This document shows, piece by piece, positions 36,428 to 51,030 of a stretch of 64,000 nucleotides of DNA. Source of the DNA: Sphyrna mokarran (Eukaryota); contig JAGIQG010000015.1 of NCBI GenBank assembly GCA_024679065.1, positions 28,210,001 through 28,274,000 on the forward strand, given 5' to 3'. Below the pieces are notes generated by a model, which did no database searches, was not told the origin of the DNA, and was given only the letters and a program-made list of their open reading frames with translations. Position 1 is the stretch's first letter. Every line of letters starts with the position of its first letter. The position numbers and the translations under genes are program-made.

Positions 36428-36959
36428 GTAAGTACTGCTTCATTGATATATGTTGTAATTAAATATGTGTATAAATAACATTTATAGATCTGATTGTTTT
36501 ATACTTGCTTCTGATTTGAATTTTGTCTGCTAAGCAAAATGTCTGAATCTGAAAAGTGATTTGCATTTTCATGAAACATGATGCCAATACTCAGTACTCA
36601 CCAACAATGTATATATAACCTCCATTTAATACTGTAAAGTATTTTGAATATTTTTATACTCTTAATTCTGCAGCATATAGAATGGTATTCTAACAAATAA
36701 CATCTCACCTAATTTTTTAATAAACTATTATCGTAGAAAATCTTAAAAATGCTAAATACATAAGGGATTTAATTACTGCTTCCACAATGCAATTAATCAT
36801 AATAAATATTTCTATTCATGGCCACTTTTTTCCCCTTGCTGATTTTTCTTCCCTCTCTTCTCATGAAGGCATTCATTGCTTGCTGATATTAATTGCCTTT
36901 AGCCATTATCTATTTTCAGCTTTAACAAGCAGGATGTTTGTCTACCAAAGAGAGAATTA

Positions 36960-39240
36960 GTTGAGAAGAGATAACACACAATTAGAACTGCATTGCATTA
37001 AGATAGCAGGTGGTCAGATGTTCTCCAAGTTGGACATAAATCACATCTATCTTTAGCTTGAATTGAATGAGTCTTCCCAGAAATATGTGATGAACAACAC
37101 ACACCAGGGGTTACACAGATATATTCGATTGCTTTTCAGGGTCTTGTCAGCTTGCACCATATTCCAAATCATCACTTCAAGGGCTACCCAGTGTGACAGT
37201 GTACTTACATTGTGTTCTTGTCATGGCGGCTTCGGAACAAGAACACCGGCAAATTTAGATGAAGGTTTGCAGTGATTCTCAAGAGCTGGAGTACATTTGA
37301 AGAGGAAAGAATGTGCCTTTCAAGCAGCTGAAGTGACCAATTTAGGCTATTGTGTAGATGGAAAAGGGTTACACTCAATTGAGAAAAAATAAAAACTGTC
37401 AAAGAAGCACCAACTCCAAGCAGCACTATGTAGTTATCCTTCTCGAAATAGTAACTTATATAGAAAATTTATCCCAAATTTGGCTTCTATACTGGCCTTT
37501 TGCAAACCCTATTATGAAAATACCAAAAGTGTTCTTGGGATCGTCCACAAGCAGAGGCTTTTGACAAAATTAAATGTCAGCTATTGCCATCTAACTTATT
37601 GGCCCATTTTGATCCCAAGAAAGAACTCATGCTGTCATGTGATGTTTCACCATACAGTGTTGGGGCAATACTTGCACATCACTGGAAAGACAGGACCGAA
37701 AAGCATATCGCATATGCACCCACCACCCTTTCAGATTCAAAACAAAGGGATTCTCAAATCGGGGCCATTTTATTTGATGTAAAAGAAATTCTATTAATAT
37801 GTCTATAGCAGATGTTTCATAGTTACTGGCCACAAGCCCTTACTGTGACTATTTAAAGAAGACAAGGTAAGCCCACTCCCACCCCATTCCCTCCTACGGG
37901 ATACAACTTTGGGCCTTATTACTTGCAGTCTATGAGTATCTTCTAGGGCACTGCCCTGGAAAACAGATAGCTAACTGTAGGATCATATACCTTAGTTTAG
38001 ACAAGATTGGGTCTTTTTGGGTGCACTGAGCTGCCTCCTGTTGCCAAAAGCCTGGCTCCTCTACTGCATTAGAACAGGACCCTAATTTTTTTTTTGGAAA
38101 CTCTGCCAGTATCCACAAGGCAGGTTAAGACCTGGACCCAAAAAGATCCAATTTTGTCTAAAATAAGGTATATGATCCTACGCGGTGAATTTGGATGATG
38201 GCCCTCTGAAGAATCGAAACCGTGGCTGGAATTCTGCAACTTCACTTGCAGCTGAGATTCTCTGTCCTGTTGCAGTGAATGAACTGAATTCTCCATTCTC
38301 ACTGGCAGTGATAACAGGATGTGTGACATTGGAGAATCTCGACGCCTACCTAGATAAAACAGATGAGCTTAGTGTCAAAGATGGGAGCATTCTCTGGGGA
38401 TCCCACCCACAGTGCAATATTTGACATTAGCAGAACTATATGATAGCCACCCTTGAGTATCAAAGATGAAAATGCTAGCTAGTAGTTACGTCTAGTGATC
38501 TAACCTCTACTCAGATATTATGGATTTGGTAAGTGGTGCGATTCAAGAGAATCAAAACTCTCTCCCTACATCCTTGGGAATGGCCTGGCAGATTGTGGGT
38601 ATGTGTACATGTGGACTTTGCAGACTGCTTCATGGGTTCCATGTTTTTAATCATGATAGGTGCATACTCCCAAGTAGTTGGAGGTGCATCGCATGGGTTC
38701 CACAAGCTCTCATGCTACAATCGAGAAATTATGATAAAGTTTCTGCATGCATGGAATACCAGAAATACAGATTTCTGATGATGACGCAGCCTTTAACAGC
38801 AGTGATTTCCAGAACTTTTTTGGGTCCAGAACTTTGTGCTCTCCAATAGTATCTGACACATTCAAACAGCATCTTATCCCCAGTTGTCAAATGCAGTGGT
38901 GGAATGGGAGATGCAAATTTTCCAAATTGGCATGAAAAAGCAACCGGTGGCATCCATGGAGACCAAATTGGCATAATGTTTGTTTGCCTAGAGGAGCACA
39001 GCTCACACAACAACAGAAATTGGTCCAATGGAACAACTAATGGGCTGGCAGCTTATACACGACTGAGCCCACTATTTCCAAATCTGACAGGAGGATAGAG
39101 TCCCAGCAAGAAAACCAGAAAATAAATCCCAATTCTGCAAGAGCAGAAAGAACATTTATTTCGGATGATCTGATTCACATGAGAAACTTTGGAGATGGTC
39201 CCTGGGATCATTTTGGAGAAAACAAGACCAGTGCCTTATA
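36960..39240 (+). mobile_element. Decayed Gypsy/Ty3-like LTR retrotransposon pol (RT, RNase H, integrase)
   Basis: GGQMFSKLD, NTHQGLHRYIRLLF, LLAHFDPKKELMLSCDVSPYSVGAILAH and LHPWEWPGRLWVCVHVDFA in Gypsy domain order, with many stops and frameshifts. Confidence 0.85.
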
Positions 39241-41150
39241 GAGTCATAGAGATTTACAGCATGGAAACAGGTTCCTTAGCCCAACTTGTCCATGCCACCC
39301 CTTTTTTCCTAAACCTCTAAGCTAGTCCCAATTGCCCGCATTTGGCTCATATCTCTCTATACCCATCTTACCCATGTAACTGATTAAACGCTTTTTAAAA
39401 GTCAAAATTAAACCAGCCTCTACTACTACCCTGAGCAACTTGTTCCAGACACTCAACACTGTCTGAGTGAAAATATTTTCCCTCTGGACTCTTTTGTATC
39501 TCTCTCCTCTGACCTTAAACCTGTGTATGCCCTCTAGTTTTAGACTCCCTACCTTTGAGAAAAGATATTGACTTTTTAGCTGATCTATGCCCCTCACTTT
39601 TTATAGACCTCTATAAGATCACCCTCAGCCTTCTATGCTCTACAGAAACAAGTCCCAGTCTATCCAGCCTTTCCTTATAACTTAAACCATAAGTCCTGGT
39701 AGCATCCAAATAAATCTGTTCTGCATTCTTTCTAGTTTAATAATATTCTTTCTAATATTAGGGTGACCATAAATGTACACAAAATTCCGAGTGTGGTCTT
39801 GTGCAACTCCAACAAGACATCCTGTATTCAATGTTCTGGCCAATGAAACCAAGCATGTTGAGTGTCTTCTTCATCATTCTGTCACCTGTGACTCCACTTT
39901 CAAGAAGCTACGAACATCTCTTTATTCTGTAACTCTCCCCAGTGCCCTACCATTAACTGAGTAAATCTTGCCCTGATTCAATCTACCAAAATGCATCACC
40001 TCGCATTTATCTAAATTAAACTCTATCTGCCATCCTTCAGCCCACTGGCCCAATTGATCAAGGTCCCATTGCAATCTGAGATAACTTTCTTCACTGTCCC
40101 CTATGCCATCAATCTTCACGTCATCTGCAAACTTACTAACCATGTCTCCTATATTCTCATCCAAATCATTAATATAAATGACAAATAACAGTGGACCAGC
40201 ACCGAACCTTGAGGCATACCGTTAGTCACAGGTCTCCAGTTTAAAAAACAGCCCTCTACATCCGCCCTCTGGCTTTGTCATCAAGTCAATTTTGTATCCA
40301 TTTAGCTGCATCACCCTGGATCCCATGAGATTTAATCTTATGCAATAATCTACCGTGCAGTAGCTTGTCAAAGGCCTTGCTAAAGTCCAATGTAGACAAC
40401 ATCAGCTGCACTGTCCTCATCTATCTTCTTCATTACCCCTTCAAAAAACTCAACCAAATTTGTGAGATATGATTTTCCACTCACAAAGCCGTGCTGACTG
40501 TCCCTAATCACTCCTTGCATCACTAAATGCCTATAGATCTGGTCTCTCAGAACATCTTCTAACAACTTACTCACCACAAATGTGAGGCTCACTGACTTGT
40601 AGTTGCCAAGCTTTTCCCTGCACCCCTTTTTAAACAAAGGCACAACATTTGCCAGTCTCCAATCTTAGGCACATCACCTGTCACTATCAATGATTCAAAT
40701 ATTTCGGCTAGGGGACCCCAATTTCCTCCCTAGCTTCTCACAATGCGCTATGATACGCTTCGTTATGTCCGGGGATTTATCTGCCTTGATGTGCTTTAAG
40801 GCTTTTGGCACCTCCTTTTCTGTAATATGTACACTCCTGAAGACATTCATGCTTTTCTCAACAGTAAATACTGATGAGAAATATTCATTTAGGATCTCAC
40901 CTATCTCTTGTGGATCCACACATAGAATGACTTTGTTGATCCTTAAGAGGCCCTACTCTGTCCCTAGTTATTCTTTTGACCCTTATGTATATTTGTAAAG
41001 CTCTTTAGATTCTCCTTTGCCTTATCTGCCAGAACAATCTTCTGTTCCCTTTTTGCCCTCTTGATTTCTCTCTTAACTCTATTCCTACACACGCTATACT
41101 CTTCAAGGGATTTATTTGATCCCAGCTGCCTGTGCTTGTCATGTGCCTCT
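39240..41150 (-). mobile_element. CR1-like LINE, degraded
   Basis: PLFKKGCREKLGNYKSVSLT, SQHGF, SKFADDVK, DPQEIGEILNEYFSSVF. Confidence 0.92.
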
Positions 41151-41357
41151 TCTAAGGCTAAAGTCCAGAGTATGATCGTAAAGGAACATTTGGACCATCT
41201 TGGACAAGGCATCCACTCCTGAGCAGATTTCATATTGGCCGTGGAGATGGTCGCCTCCAGTGTTTGCCTACATCTAAAGCTGACTCTGTGTAAGTCCCTT
41301 TGAATAACAAGGACATTGACAGGAAGCAGGCATCCTGGCTGAAACTGAAACTGAAGA

Positions 41358-41492
41358 GGAATTTGGTTTTTAATCCATAGATCTATAAACATGGACAGGG
41401 ATCGCGTGTAGAGGTGGGAACACTGGGGTGGCGGCACGGGCTCGTTGGGCCAAAGGGCCTGTTTCCCGTGCTGTTTTGTTCTTTGTTCTTTG
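41358..41492 (+). mobile_element. Short 3'-end copy of the element at 17190
   Basis: Reverse complement of 17190-17318; (tgttctt)n tail; GAATTTG present at both junctions. Confidence 0.8.
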
Positions 41493-44117
41493 AATTTGCA
41501 TTGGTAACCCTGTGATATTCCCTACGAAAGGGAAGTCTTCCTTTCAGTTCATGCTACCTAATCTAAACCTTTGAACCTCAGGCCCACTGCGAAGCAGCGG
41601 AAAAGACCTTCTCTCAATGGGTGTTTTGAGGGAGAAATGGTCCTGAGTGGGGAGGGATGTTGTAATGACCACAAAAGGCACAGGGATCATTGCTAGATCC
41701 TGTAGACTTTGTGGAATATGAATATCCTTATTGAGCAAAAGGAGGTTCACCAAATGGGGAGTGAGCAGTAGGGGGATTAAAATATGTTGCTTCAACCAGG
41801 ACCGTTGTTGTAGGACTCTGGGTACAAACTCCATGACATAAGCCATGGGTGTGATCCTTCCCTTTTGTTATCAATAAAGGGATTTTTGGACTAGTCTGAA
41901 GCAGAATTATTACATAATCTAAAACCTTCTGAAAATCCAGATTATGTACTCTGCTAGTTACATCCTCAGAACAGGTTTGTCAAACAATTTCCTTTTGATA
42001 ATTCTGTCTGTGGTCTTGCACTTTCAACATTAGCAATCATAATGAGATGATTTTTTTCCTGCCTAACTTAATTAAAGCATTAGCTGAATTAGCAGAGTTC
42101 ATTCCCATCTGCATTTTCTCATATTATGCATCTGAACTTCCTGAAAATCCATATATATTCCATCTATGCAGTTACTGGCCCAATTATAAAATTGGCTAAC
42201 ATTTTTGTAACAGTTATTTTTGTCTTCTGATGCAATTTTTTGCTATAAGAACAAAACTCAGGAATCTCATGATGTATATAGTGTTAACTTGCTCCTATGT
42301 TCCTATAGTATGTGCATGCACAGGATCAGTATTTTGTTCATGTATTTACATGCATTATGGCACTTCAATTTTTGGAGAAAACCAGAACAAATACTACCCA
42401 CGTCTATCTCTGTTAACATGAGGATAACTTATCTTTTATCTCTTCCTGTGCCTAGTGGTGTATGAGGCAGACAAAGCACATGCTTAAGTCTGTTTCAATG
42501 GCTAGTTTTTCCTAGAACAGGTCACTAGCCTGCCACCAGAGGCTAGCTTGGGGGAAGGTGCCACTCTGCATCACACATTGCTGACCTGGAGACTCTCTTG
42601 CTCTCACTACCTGCCATAGATATATTGGAAGGATTTATAGGCTATCAATCTACCTGTTTAGTCACTTTATGAATGCACCTTCAGTAAACGAGGACTTGAA
42701 CTTGTAGCTGTGACTCAGGGCTACAGATGCTGCCCTCTACACCGCAATACCTCCTCAGAAAGCCTCTCTAGAACTTAGTAGTAAAAGCTAACAAGTATTT
42801 TTTAAAAAATGATTTACTGATGATTGTCTCAAATACTGTGGTTGCTGTAAGCATTCAACTTCAAGTGTAACTAATGAAGCCACTGCAGAGAGTGACAATT
42901 CCTGGTAAATCTATCATTTTATTGCTTCCTTTTGTGAATTTTTTAACGTCTTTACCTTGTGTGAAGTTTGAGCTTGAGGCCCTGATTCCATCAGTCCTGG
43001 TACTGTTCAATACCCAGCTAGTTTTCATGTATAAACTAAACAGTGAGCATTGACAGAGTATTTCACTATTAGAGGCAATGAGAAAAAAGGGCTGTTTTTG
43101 TCTTTATTTCATATAGTGTTTAAGTTGGAGTTGAAATTGAAACTTTCTTTGCCAAATTGAAAACAGAGACTGGAAAATGCATTGTCTATAAGACTAGACT
43201 GGATAGAGTAATCTGGAAATTATTCAGGATACAATTGCTCCTGGATACTTTAGATATGTGAGCAGCAAGTCATTTGTATGATGTACAATATCTTCTATTG
43301 AAGATCTGAAAAATACTTTTATCCAAATGTCCTGTTGTTTATCAAATTCTGCAAGATATGTGTCCTTAAAATTTTCTATTGTTAACTGACCATGTTACCA
43401 TCATGAAGCTTTACACGCTCAGTTTCATGCTGTCTTAATGTTTCTATGGACGAATAAATCTAAATTAACTTGTTTGAGCCTATGTGTCTTAGTCTGCATG
43501 AAAGAGATCTAAGTGATCTCCACAATTAGAGAAAATTATTCATCCTGAGTTCACTTTCCTGTTGATTACAAATTTTATTTACGGTAACTATCTTTTTGGT
43601 TATGATCAGAAGAATAAAATGCTGGGAGAAAGTCCACACTCTGGCAACAGTATTGTAGTATCCTTATTTATGCTATACAATAGAGGTTGTTGAAAATCAA
43701 TGTTAAGCCAGAAGCCTGAACAACTTCCTCTCATTAACCCTTAAGTACTGAAATCAACTGCAGTGCATCAGTTGTCACAAGCGGAAGTTGCTAACTCAGC
43801 ACAGCTCAAATTTGGAATATGAGAATTTACAAGATTGTTTGCTGTTCACTATTTTGCTTCTATTGGGGGAGCAAATCCATTAATCCAAATCCATCAAAAG
43901 GGTTAGAACCAGCTTTCAATGTGTTTGCATCGTTTTTGCAGGGCGCAATCCTGCATCCACATCACATCCATATTAAAATTCCCTCCATCTTTTCTGTCTG
44001 CAGTAATAGAGTTATTTTGTTTTACATTTCATCTTCAAGAGTGCAGTATAACACATTTAATCACTGACTCATCTTGCCATTTGGGATGTGCAGTTAAGGA
44101 TTTTACCTCATGGCATC

Positions 44118-44300
44118 TGTACAGTACAAAAGGAAGCCATTTGGCCCATCAGGTCTCTGAAAGAACATCTTACCCGGGTCTACTGTCCTATCCCTGTAAA
44201 CTTGCGCATGTACCATGGGTAATCCATCTAACTTGTAAATCTTTGGACCCCAAGGGGCATTTTAGCATGCCCCATCCTCCTAACCTGCACATCTTTCACA
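44118..44300 (-). mobile_element. HE1-like SINE, 3' part
   Basis: tttagcatgccccatcctcctaacctgcacatcttt; gaagccatttggcccatc tail. Confidence 0.65.
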
Positions 44301-45591
44301 TCTAATCTATACATTTCTCTTGTCTCTTATTAATACATGTAGTAAATACATTTATTAAAATAGCTGTTCCTCCTTTGCATGTCATTTCCTGCACATACAT
44401 AATTTATTGCAATGGGACAGATGGATAATTTTGACTGTTATGACCAGAAAAAGGTGACTAAGAGTAGGCTCACTGATACTTCTGAGCCAGTCACTAGGGA
44501 GTGCTCACCAAAGAGTTTCTTCTTTTCTCCTTGCATTAAAAAAATACAGTACTCATGTTCTCAAAACTTTAAAAGCTAGAAATACTCAGGATGTCAAGCA
44601 ACATATTTGGAAAAACAAAAATTATTTCTTGTTTCAGGTCTTAAAACCCTTCCTCAATAGGTATTGCCGATGAACAGAAGGTAGAAAGGAAGTGCTTAAA
44701 TGACAGATCTAACTATGTTAAAAAGAGGACTAATGAGTGAAATCAGAGACATGTGTGCTACAACAGAATGTGTGAATAGTTGAAATGGGATAGCTAGAAA
44801 ATGAAACATAAATATTAGCAAGGGTTCACCAGGATTGCACCAATAGTGCTCTGATGGGATGGTCTGCACCCTTGATGTTTACTTTTTCTTCAGCCAAGTA
44901 CCCAGAGCACTATAACCTGTACTCATTGCTGATTTTTAATGCTTCCTTTCCGAAGTATCTCATTTTAAGTATTTACACACTTTTTAGTATTTATCTTTAT
45001 TTCTTTATCTGTTATTATGTTTGCCTTTGTCTCCTGCTAATTTCAAATTTGCCACTTAACCCTCTCTTGTTCTTCACTCAAGAATTTCACCGATTACTCT
45101 ATTTCTTTACTCTTTCCCATATCAATAGTCCATTTCTTTTTAAATTCTGTTCATCTAAATTTCAGCCCTAAGAAAGGGTCTTGAGATGCCTTCTGCCTTT
45201 CAACTGATGGTGGCCAAGCTGCTGATTATTTCCAGCTCTTATCATATTTGTTCTTTTTTTCTCTAGTGATACCTTTAGTCTTTCTTCTGGATACCTGGAT
45301 ATATTTGTCAAACATTTTATTTTTAACTGTGCACCAGTTTCTCAATCAAATTACTGCTGTTGTGAGAATTGATATTCAATGAAGGTCTGTGAATCTTTAA
45401 ACACTCAGTCACAATCTAACATAAATTGCACTTATAACTCATATAAAATTAAAATTAAAACCTAAATGGAACATTTGAGGAAAAACACATTGTAAAATTA
45501 ACTCCATAACATTTAATAAAAATGTTAACATTCTCTAAGTAGATATAACTAACTAACTGGTTTTGTTTCTCTTTGGGTTGTTTCTTTCCAG

Positions 45592-45662
45592 TGACAAAAG
45601 GTCTGGGTCTCTTGCTCTAATATGTGAATTAATGGACATGAATATCTATGAGCTTATACGAG
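45592..45662 (+). CDS. MOK: MOK exon 4
   Basis: cag|T GAC... DKRSGSLALICELMDMNIYELIR G|gtcagt, 71 nt. Confidence 0.95.
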
Positions 45663-45911
45663 GTCAGTATTGTTTTGTTGACAGACTTTTAATAAATTGT
45701 TTATTGCTTACATTTTGTTCAATATTAGAAGAATAATATCCAAGTTATTTTCTGTTCCACAATTGTTTCTAAATGATTCCTGGCATGTGGACATCACTGA
45801 CAACGCTAGAATTTATTGCGCATCATGATTGTAGCCAACAGACTGCAGGTATAGTTATTGAATAAGAGTACAGTTGAATTTAGTGAGATTTACAAAACAC
45901 TCTATTTACAG

Positions 45912-45990
45912 GGCGGAGGAACCCATTACCTGAAGGTAAAATAAAGAATTACATGTATCAACTATGTAAGTCCCTTGATTACATGCACAG
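45912..45990 (+). CDS. MOK: MOK exon 5
   Basis: cag|GG CGG... RRNPLPEGKIKNYMYQLCKSLDYMH AG|gtaagg, 79 nt. Confidence 0.95.
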
Positions 45991-46340
45991 GTAAGGAAAG
46001 TATCAGCAGTGAGAATAGGCATCATAAATATTTTTCAGAAAATATTAAGTTGAGTTAATTTACAAATAATTTAATATGTATAATTTATTTAATTTGGATT
46101 ATTTTAGCTGATTGTAGTGCCTGTAATTTATTTGAAGTTGCAGATGCAAGTAAAAAAGAATCTCCATTAATAACAGAAAATTGTTGCATATTCAGGAGTT
46201 TTATTTGATACTTGCAGGAAAAAGAAGCATTTAAAAAAAACTTGTCACCAATATCACAGTGATAAAATTGGTTAGAAAATTTATTAAGATAGTCATGGCT
46301 CAGCTTATTTGTTTACACGTGCTTCTTATGTTTGCCACAG

Positions 46341-46389
46341 AAATGGGATTTTTCACCGCGATGTAAAGCCTGAAAATATTTTAATTAAG
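46341..46389 (+). CDS. MOK: MOK exon 6 (catalytic loop)
   Basis: cag|A AAT... NGIFHRDVKPENILIK|gtaatt, 49 nt. Confidence 0.96.
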
Positions 46390-49300
46390 GTAATTATTCT
46401 TCTGTAGTCATTCAGCAATCAGTAGTTTGGAGTAATAGGGAGGATGCTATCTTATACCTGCACCTGTATGTTTAACCACTCCCAGCTGTTGTCAGAAGAA
46501 AGTGCTTGGCTATAGACTGAGAAGTGGGAAGTTCCCATTGAATTGAATGGATTAATTTCTGAAATTAAAACAGAATGGAGGAAATTTGCTCTCTATCTAA
46601 GTGTACATGACCAAGAATTGCTTGCCATTAACATGAGGTGGCGAAAATGCTAAATGTTCCATTTGACATCTTGTCATCTTCATAAGCACAAACAACAAAA
46701 CCACAAAATGCCATTGAAAAATTGAAAAGATATGCATGCAAAATGTAAAAAAAAAATTCAAGATTCACAATCTTTGACTAATTTGGCTTTGCATAAAATT
46801 GTAGGAAGGGTGTAGGCTTACTATGCTTTAATACAAGTTGAGACCTGAAGAACAAAAGGTGCAAAGTTATTTTGTTTCACCCCTGCTGTAAATTGATGGA
46901 AAGGCAAAATGAACAATTGGGTGCAGGTGATGGATGAAAAACTATACCAAAACTTTTAAGTGCAGGGATTGTAGGCTTGCATTAGGAATTCTGTGATGCA
47001 TTTTGGTACTGAAGCCTCTATTCACCCCAAAAATGACAGTGCCATAAGAAATGAGCTCACACTCTTAGTGTGACTAAGTTCATAAGATATTAAATGAAGC
47101 CAGGAGTATCATGTCAACCAGGGGCAGAAAGTACCGAAGTGTTCAAGAAGGGTGGAATTCTCTCAAGCCCCTCCAGCTGCTTCAGTGGCAGGAGGAGAGA
47201 AAAGGAGTGGCAGGGGACAAGGTGGGGGTGGGGGTGGGGGAGGTGGCAGCAGAAGGCCTAGAAATTGGTTTCAAGTTGACATGAATTTGCAGTGGGATTT
47301 TGCTGGTATCTGCCTCGGTGGGTCAGAAAACTTGCCAGAGACCAGCATGAGCTTTTTTTTGCTTCCTGCTAATTGGATGCAGATAAAGGCCTGACCCCCC
47401 ATTCCAGATTCACCACAATGCCAGTGGAGAAAACACCTGCTTGAAACATGTTTACAGCAATTTAGTGTGCCAATGTTGGGACTCAACAATGCGTGTTCAG
47501 GATGGAGGCAGTGCACAACCCTGGATTTGGAACATCACAGCAGTTGATTGGGGGAGCCTTTGCAGATGGTCCATCTAGATTTGATGCCCTGGAGAAGATC
47601 AGTCTTCCAGCTTCAGAAAGTTCCTTCAGATCCATCTTAATTCTCAGGAGATCCATCTTCTGGTCTCAAGAGTGCTCCTGAGATCTGTGTTCATTTCAGG
47701 CAGTCAGTCCATCTTCTCTATAGTGGATTAGTGAGATGTTGAGTGCCTTTTCAATATGGCATCTGGACACAAGATGGACTATGCATCATCGAGGCCTACC
47801 CTCACCACTGTAAAACATCTAGGTGCATAACTAATGAGGTCGGGGCTGGAAGATTTGGCGTGTTTACTGTCTGCTTCCGCAGAGGGAAACATTCCACGTT
47901 TCTGCCCTGTCATGGCACTTGGTTTCAAAATGGAAGAATTCCACCTGTCATTTTAAAAAAATGTTTTGTAAATGTGGCAGTTCTATTTCAGTGGGCCCCA
48001 TGGCACCATTTCTAATTTATTTCCAGATTCTTTACAATGGCAGACAATCTAGATGCAGGTGTCTGTCATTGCAATGTAGAGTACAGAGCTTCTCTAATTG
48101 GAAAGTCGATGGCAATGAATAGTAGAGATTTATAATGAATTAATCTCTCCCCATTGTCAGGATGTTCCATTTTGCAGACTCCCATGACCCTTGTGTTTTT
48201 GTTCCACCAGGTGACACAATAAATATAAATATTATTATATAGTTCCTGTATTTTTAAAAACTCTTTGTAGTTTTATTCACAAAATACTCCACATACGTTA
48301 CCCTGTTTTCTGTAGATTTCATTCCCTTTAACAGTCTGGAAAGCCAATAGAGCATTTATACAGCTCTAGCAGCATATTAGTACTACAGTAAATGTAGTGC
48401 ATCATCATTAGTTTATTTGCTGTTTATGGCATTGTGTTAAACAGAAATTGGCTGCAATGTTTGCCTATGTAGCAATACCAACTGCACATCAGAAAGTAAA
48501 TTTATTGCCAGTGAAACAATTTGATCTGTCTTGAGAAAAATTGCTGTAAAATTTGTTCAATCATTTCTATTAAAGGTTATTCAGTGACCTGGATACCAGA
48601 GACTCTATGTTGGGCCCTCTAGTTATTGCTGACCATTGCTACCCTACCATTGTTAATAATTATTTCAGACATTTAGAAATACAAGTACAGTATGTATCTT
48701 CCATACTTGTGTTCCAGATTGAGCTTTTGGCTGAGCTTATTATTTATACAGTGGGAGCTTCCAAATGGAATGCATCAAGAGCTGAGAGCTCCCTTTTTGG
48801 TATTTGAAATTTTTAGTGCTGCTGCAGCCATGTAAAAGGAAGATTACACTTAAAGACCATTGTGAAGGACAGAGAAATTTTGGTTCCTAAAATTGGGGAT
48901 ACTAAGAAAGGACAATTCACTGTGATGTTTAATGAAAATAATTGTAGAAGTGAGGAAAAAGAGTCTCCAATTAAATGACAATGCATTCAACCTCCTCATT
49001 TGATGGAAAGTGAAGAGTAAATTTTGCTGAATGAGAAGAGGAATGTAGCATACTTGCCAGGAAATGAATGTCAGTATTGTGAGTATATCTCTGCTAAGTT
49101 TCGAAATTTCAGCAGAGACTCCATCTGTTCCAGAGACCTTGTTATTTTTAAGCTTTCAAATGGCTTTTTCAAACTTGTTATAGACAGGGGTATGGCTGAG
49201 ACCAAGCTGGATGGAGCATTGAGGACATTCAAGTTGAAGATGGTCTTGGTTAAGAAGTTCTCTCATTCCAGCACTGATTGCCTCCCTGTCCTTGATGAAT

Positions 49301-49604
49301 TTCCATTGATGCTTAGCTGCCAGTAGAGTGGGGCCTTGAGTGCCTGGGCCATTGATCATTTTGATATGTCATTGGAATCTTGAATTGTTTGATTTCTGGG
49401 CTCTTTCCACTCATCACTGAGACAAGTTCATTTTTGTTTCAAAGTCCACCCTACAAAAGCTTTGTTCCTTTCTTGGAAGGCCTGTCCAGAAACTGTAATA
49501 CTTGTTGTCTTATTCCTTCAGTTGGCCATCCCCTGCATGTTATGTCATCTTAGGGTGGCAATGCCAAGCCACTGGAGTTCCTCAGCTTTGGAGCAGCACG
49601 ATAT

Positions 49605-49815
49605 CATGTCTGTTTGGAGTCTGCACGTTCTCCCTGTGTCTGCGTGGGTTTCCTCCGGGTGCTCCTGTTTCCTCCCATGGTCTGAAGGATGTGCTGGCTA
49701 CATGCATGGCATTGTTAAATTCTCCCCCAGTGTACCTGTCAGATGCTGGAGTGTGGCAACTAGGGGATTTTCACAGTAATTTCATTGCAGTGTTAATGTG
49801 ACAGTAATAAAACTT
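49605..49815 (+). mobile_element. HE1-related SINE, 5'-truncated
   Basis: ggagtctgcacgttctccctgtgtctgcgtgggtttcctccgggtgctcc V-domain-like core. Confidence 0.8.
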
Positions 49816-50229
49816 CAGTGGTGCGGCACTGAGGATTGGAATTGACCATGAATCCTGACATTTCATTTTGCCACACGATCTCAGCAGAACAGGATCTTGA
49901 TCTGATGGCAAGGATTTTACAAGATGACTAGAAGACTGATTCTGTGCATGGTCATATGCAGATGCATATATAATTATGGCCAGGAAGAGACTGAAGCTGG
50001 AAAAGCAGTTGTGCAAATAGCCAAACACAAGTTCAATAGGAGACTAAAGTCTTTCAATTATTGCAGTGGTAAGAGAAGGACAATAGATTGAGGCAAGATA
50101 CTTTAAATGTTGCAGGGGATCAGCAAAATTTAGGTTTTACAGATAACCAGTGTTACTAAAGCAGAAAGCATGACCTTGAAATTTTCCTGCACCAACTTTC
50201 TTCTCCATGTTTTCCAATGCTACACTGTA

Positions 50230-51030
50230 GAACTTTAGTGACCTTAAGCTAAAATCACTTCAAACTCAATCATGGACTTCAGTATGCAAATGATGCTTGT
50301 GTATATTCTCACTCAGAAACTGAGTTCAGGGTCATTGTTGATGATGATTCCTCCTAAGCATGTGAGAAAATGAACCTTTCATTAAATGCCCTGGGAAAAC
50401 TAAGATCTACTTCTAACCAGTTCTACAGCATAACACCTCCACATGTTGATTAAAATCTGTAGCCAGATCGTGAAAAATTGGATCATCATCCTGGATCTTA
50501 GGAGCCTCCTCATGACGAAGGCAGACATAAGTGACAAAATTCATCTTGCGTTTAATGTGCCAGCTCAGCCTTTGGCCAACTGAGGAAAGAGTATTTGAGG
50601 ATCAGAATCTCCAACTTGAGACTAAGATTATTAAGTAGCAGTGATGTCTGTGCCATATGATTCATAGACTTGGAGAACCTACAGCAGGCACTCAAAGTAC
50701 TGGAGAAGTACCATCAGTGGTGCCTTTACAAAATCCTCCAAATCTAGTAGCAAGAGAGGCAATCCAACAGCAATGTCCTCTTCCAAGCCAACTTCCCAGC
50801 ATCAAGGAATTAATCATTCAAAACTAGCCCTGCTGGGTAGAACATATAATTCCTATGCCTGACAGACACTTTAGGCTACTGCTCTACTCAGAACTCTATT
50901 ATGGCAGGAGACTCCCAGGAGTTCAGTAGAAATGTTTTGGGGATGTCTTCAAAGGATTCCTGAAGTCAAACATACCTACTGACTCATGAAAGCCCCTGGT
51001 TTGTGACTGACCTAAATGGAGAAAGTGTGT
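50230..51030 (+). mobile_element. RTE-like LINE remnant
   Basis: LQYANDAC (YADD-like), LRSLLMTKADISDKIH and CASSAFGQLRK resemble the RTE-clade ORF C-terminal half. Confidence 0.65.

Noticed and set aside
36960-39240. Domesticated Gypsy-derived gene
   Set aside because: Numerous stops and frameshifts throughout.
47152-47394. Glycine-rich ORF
   Set aside because: Produced by a short (GGGGGT)n tract in repeat-like intronic sequence; no splice or homology support.
48700-49450. Possible minus-strand RTE-like remnant (SGTDGVSAEISKL)
   Set aside because: Only one weak motif is visible; not enough to call.
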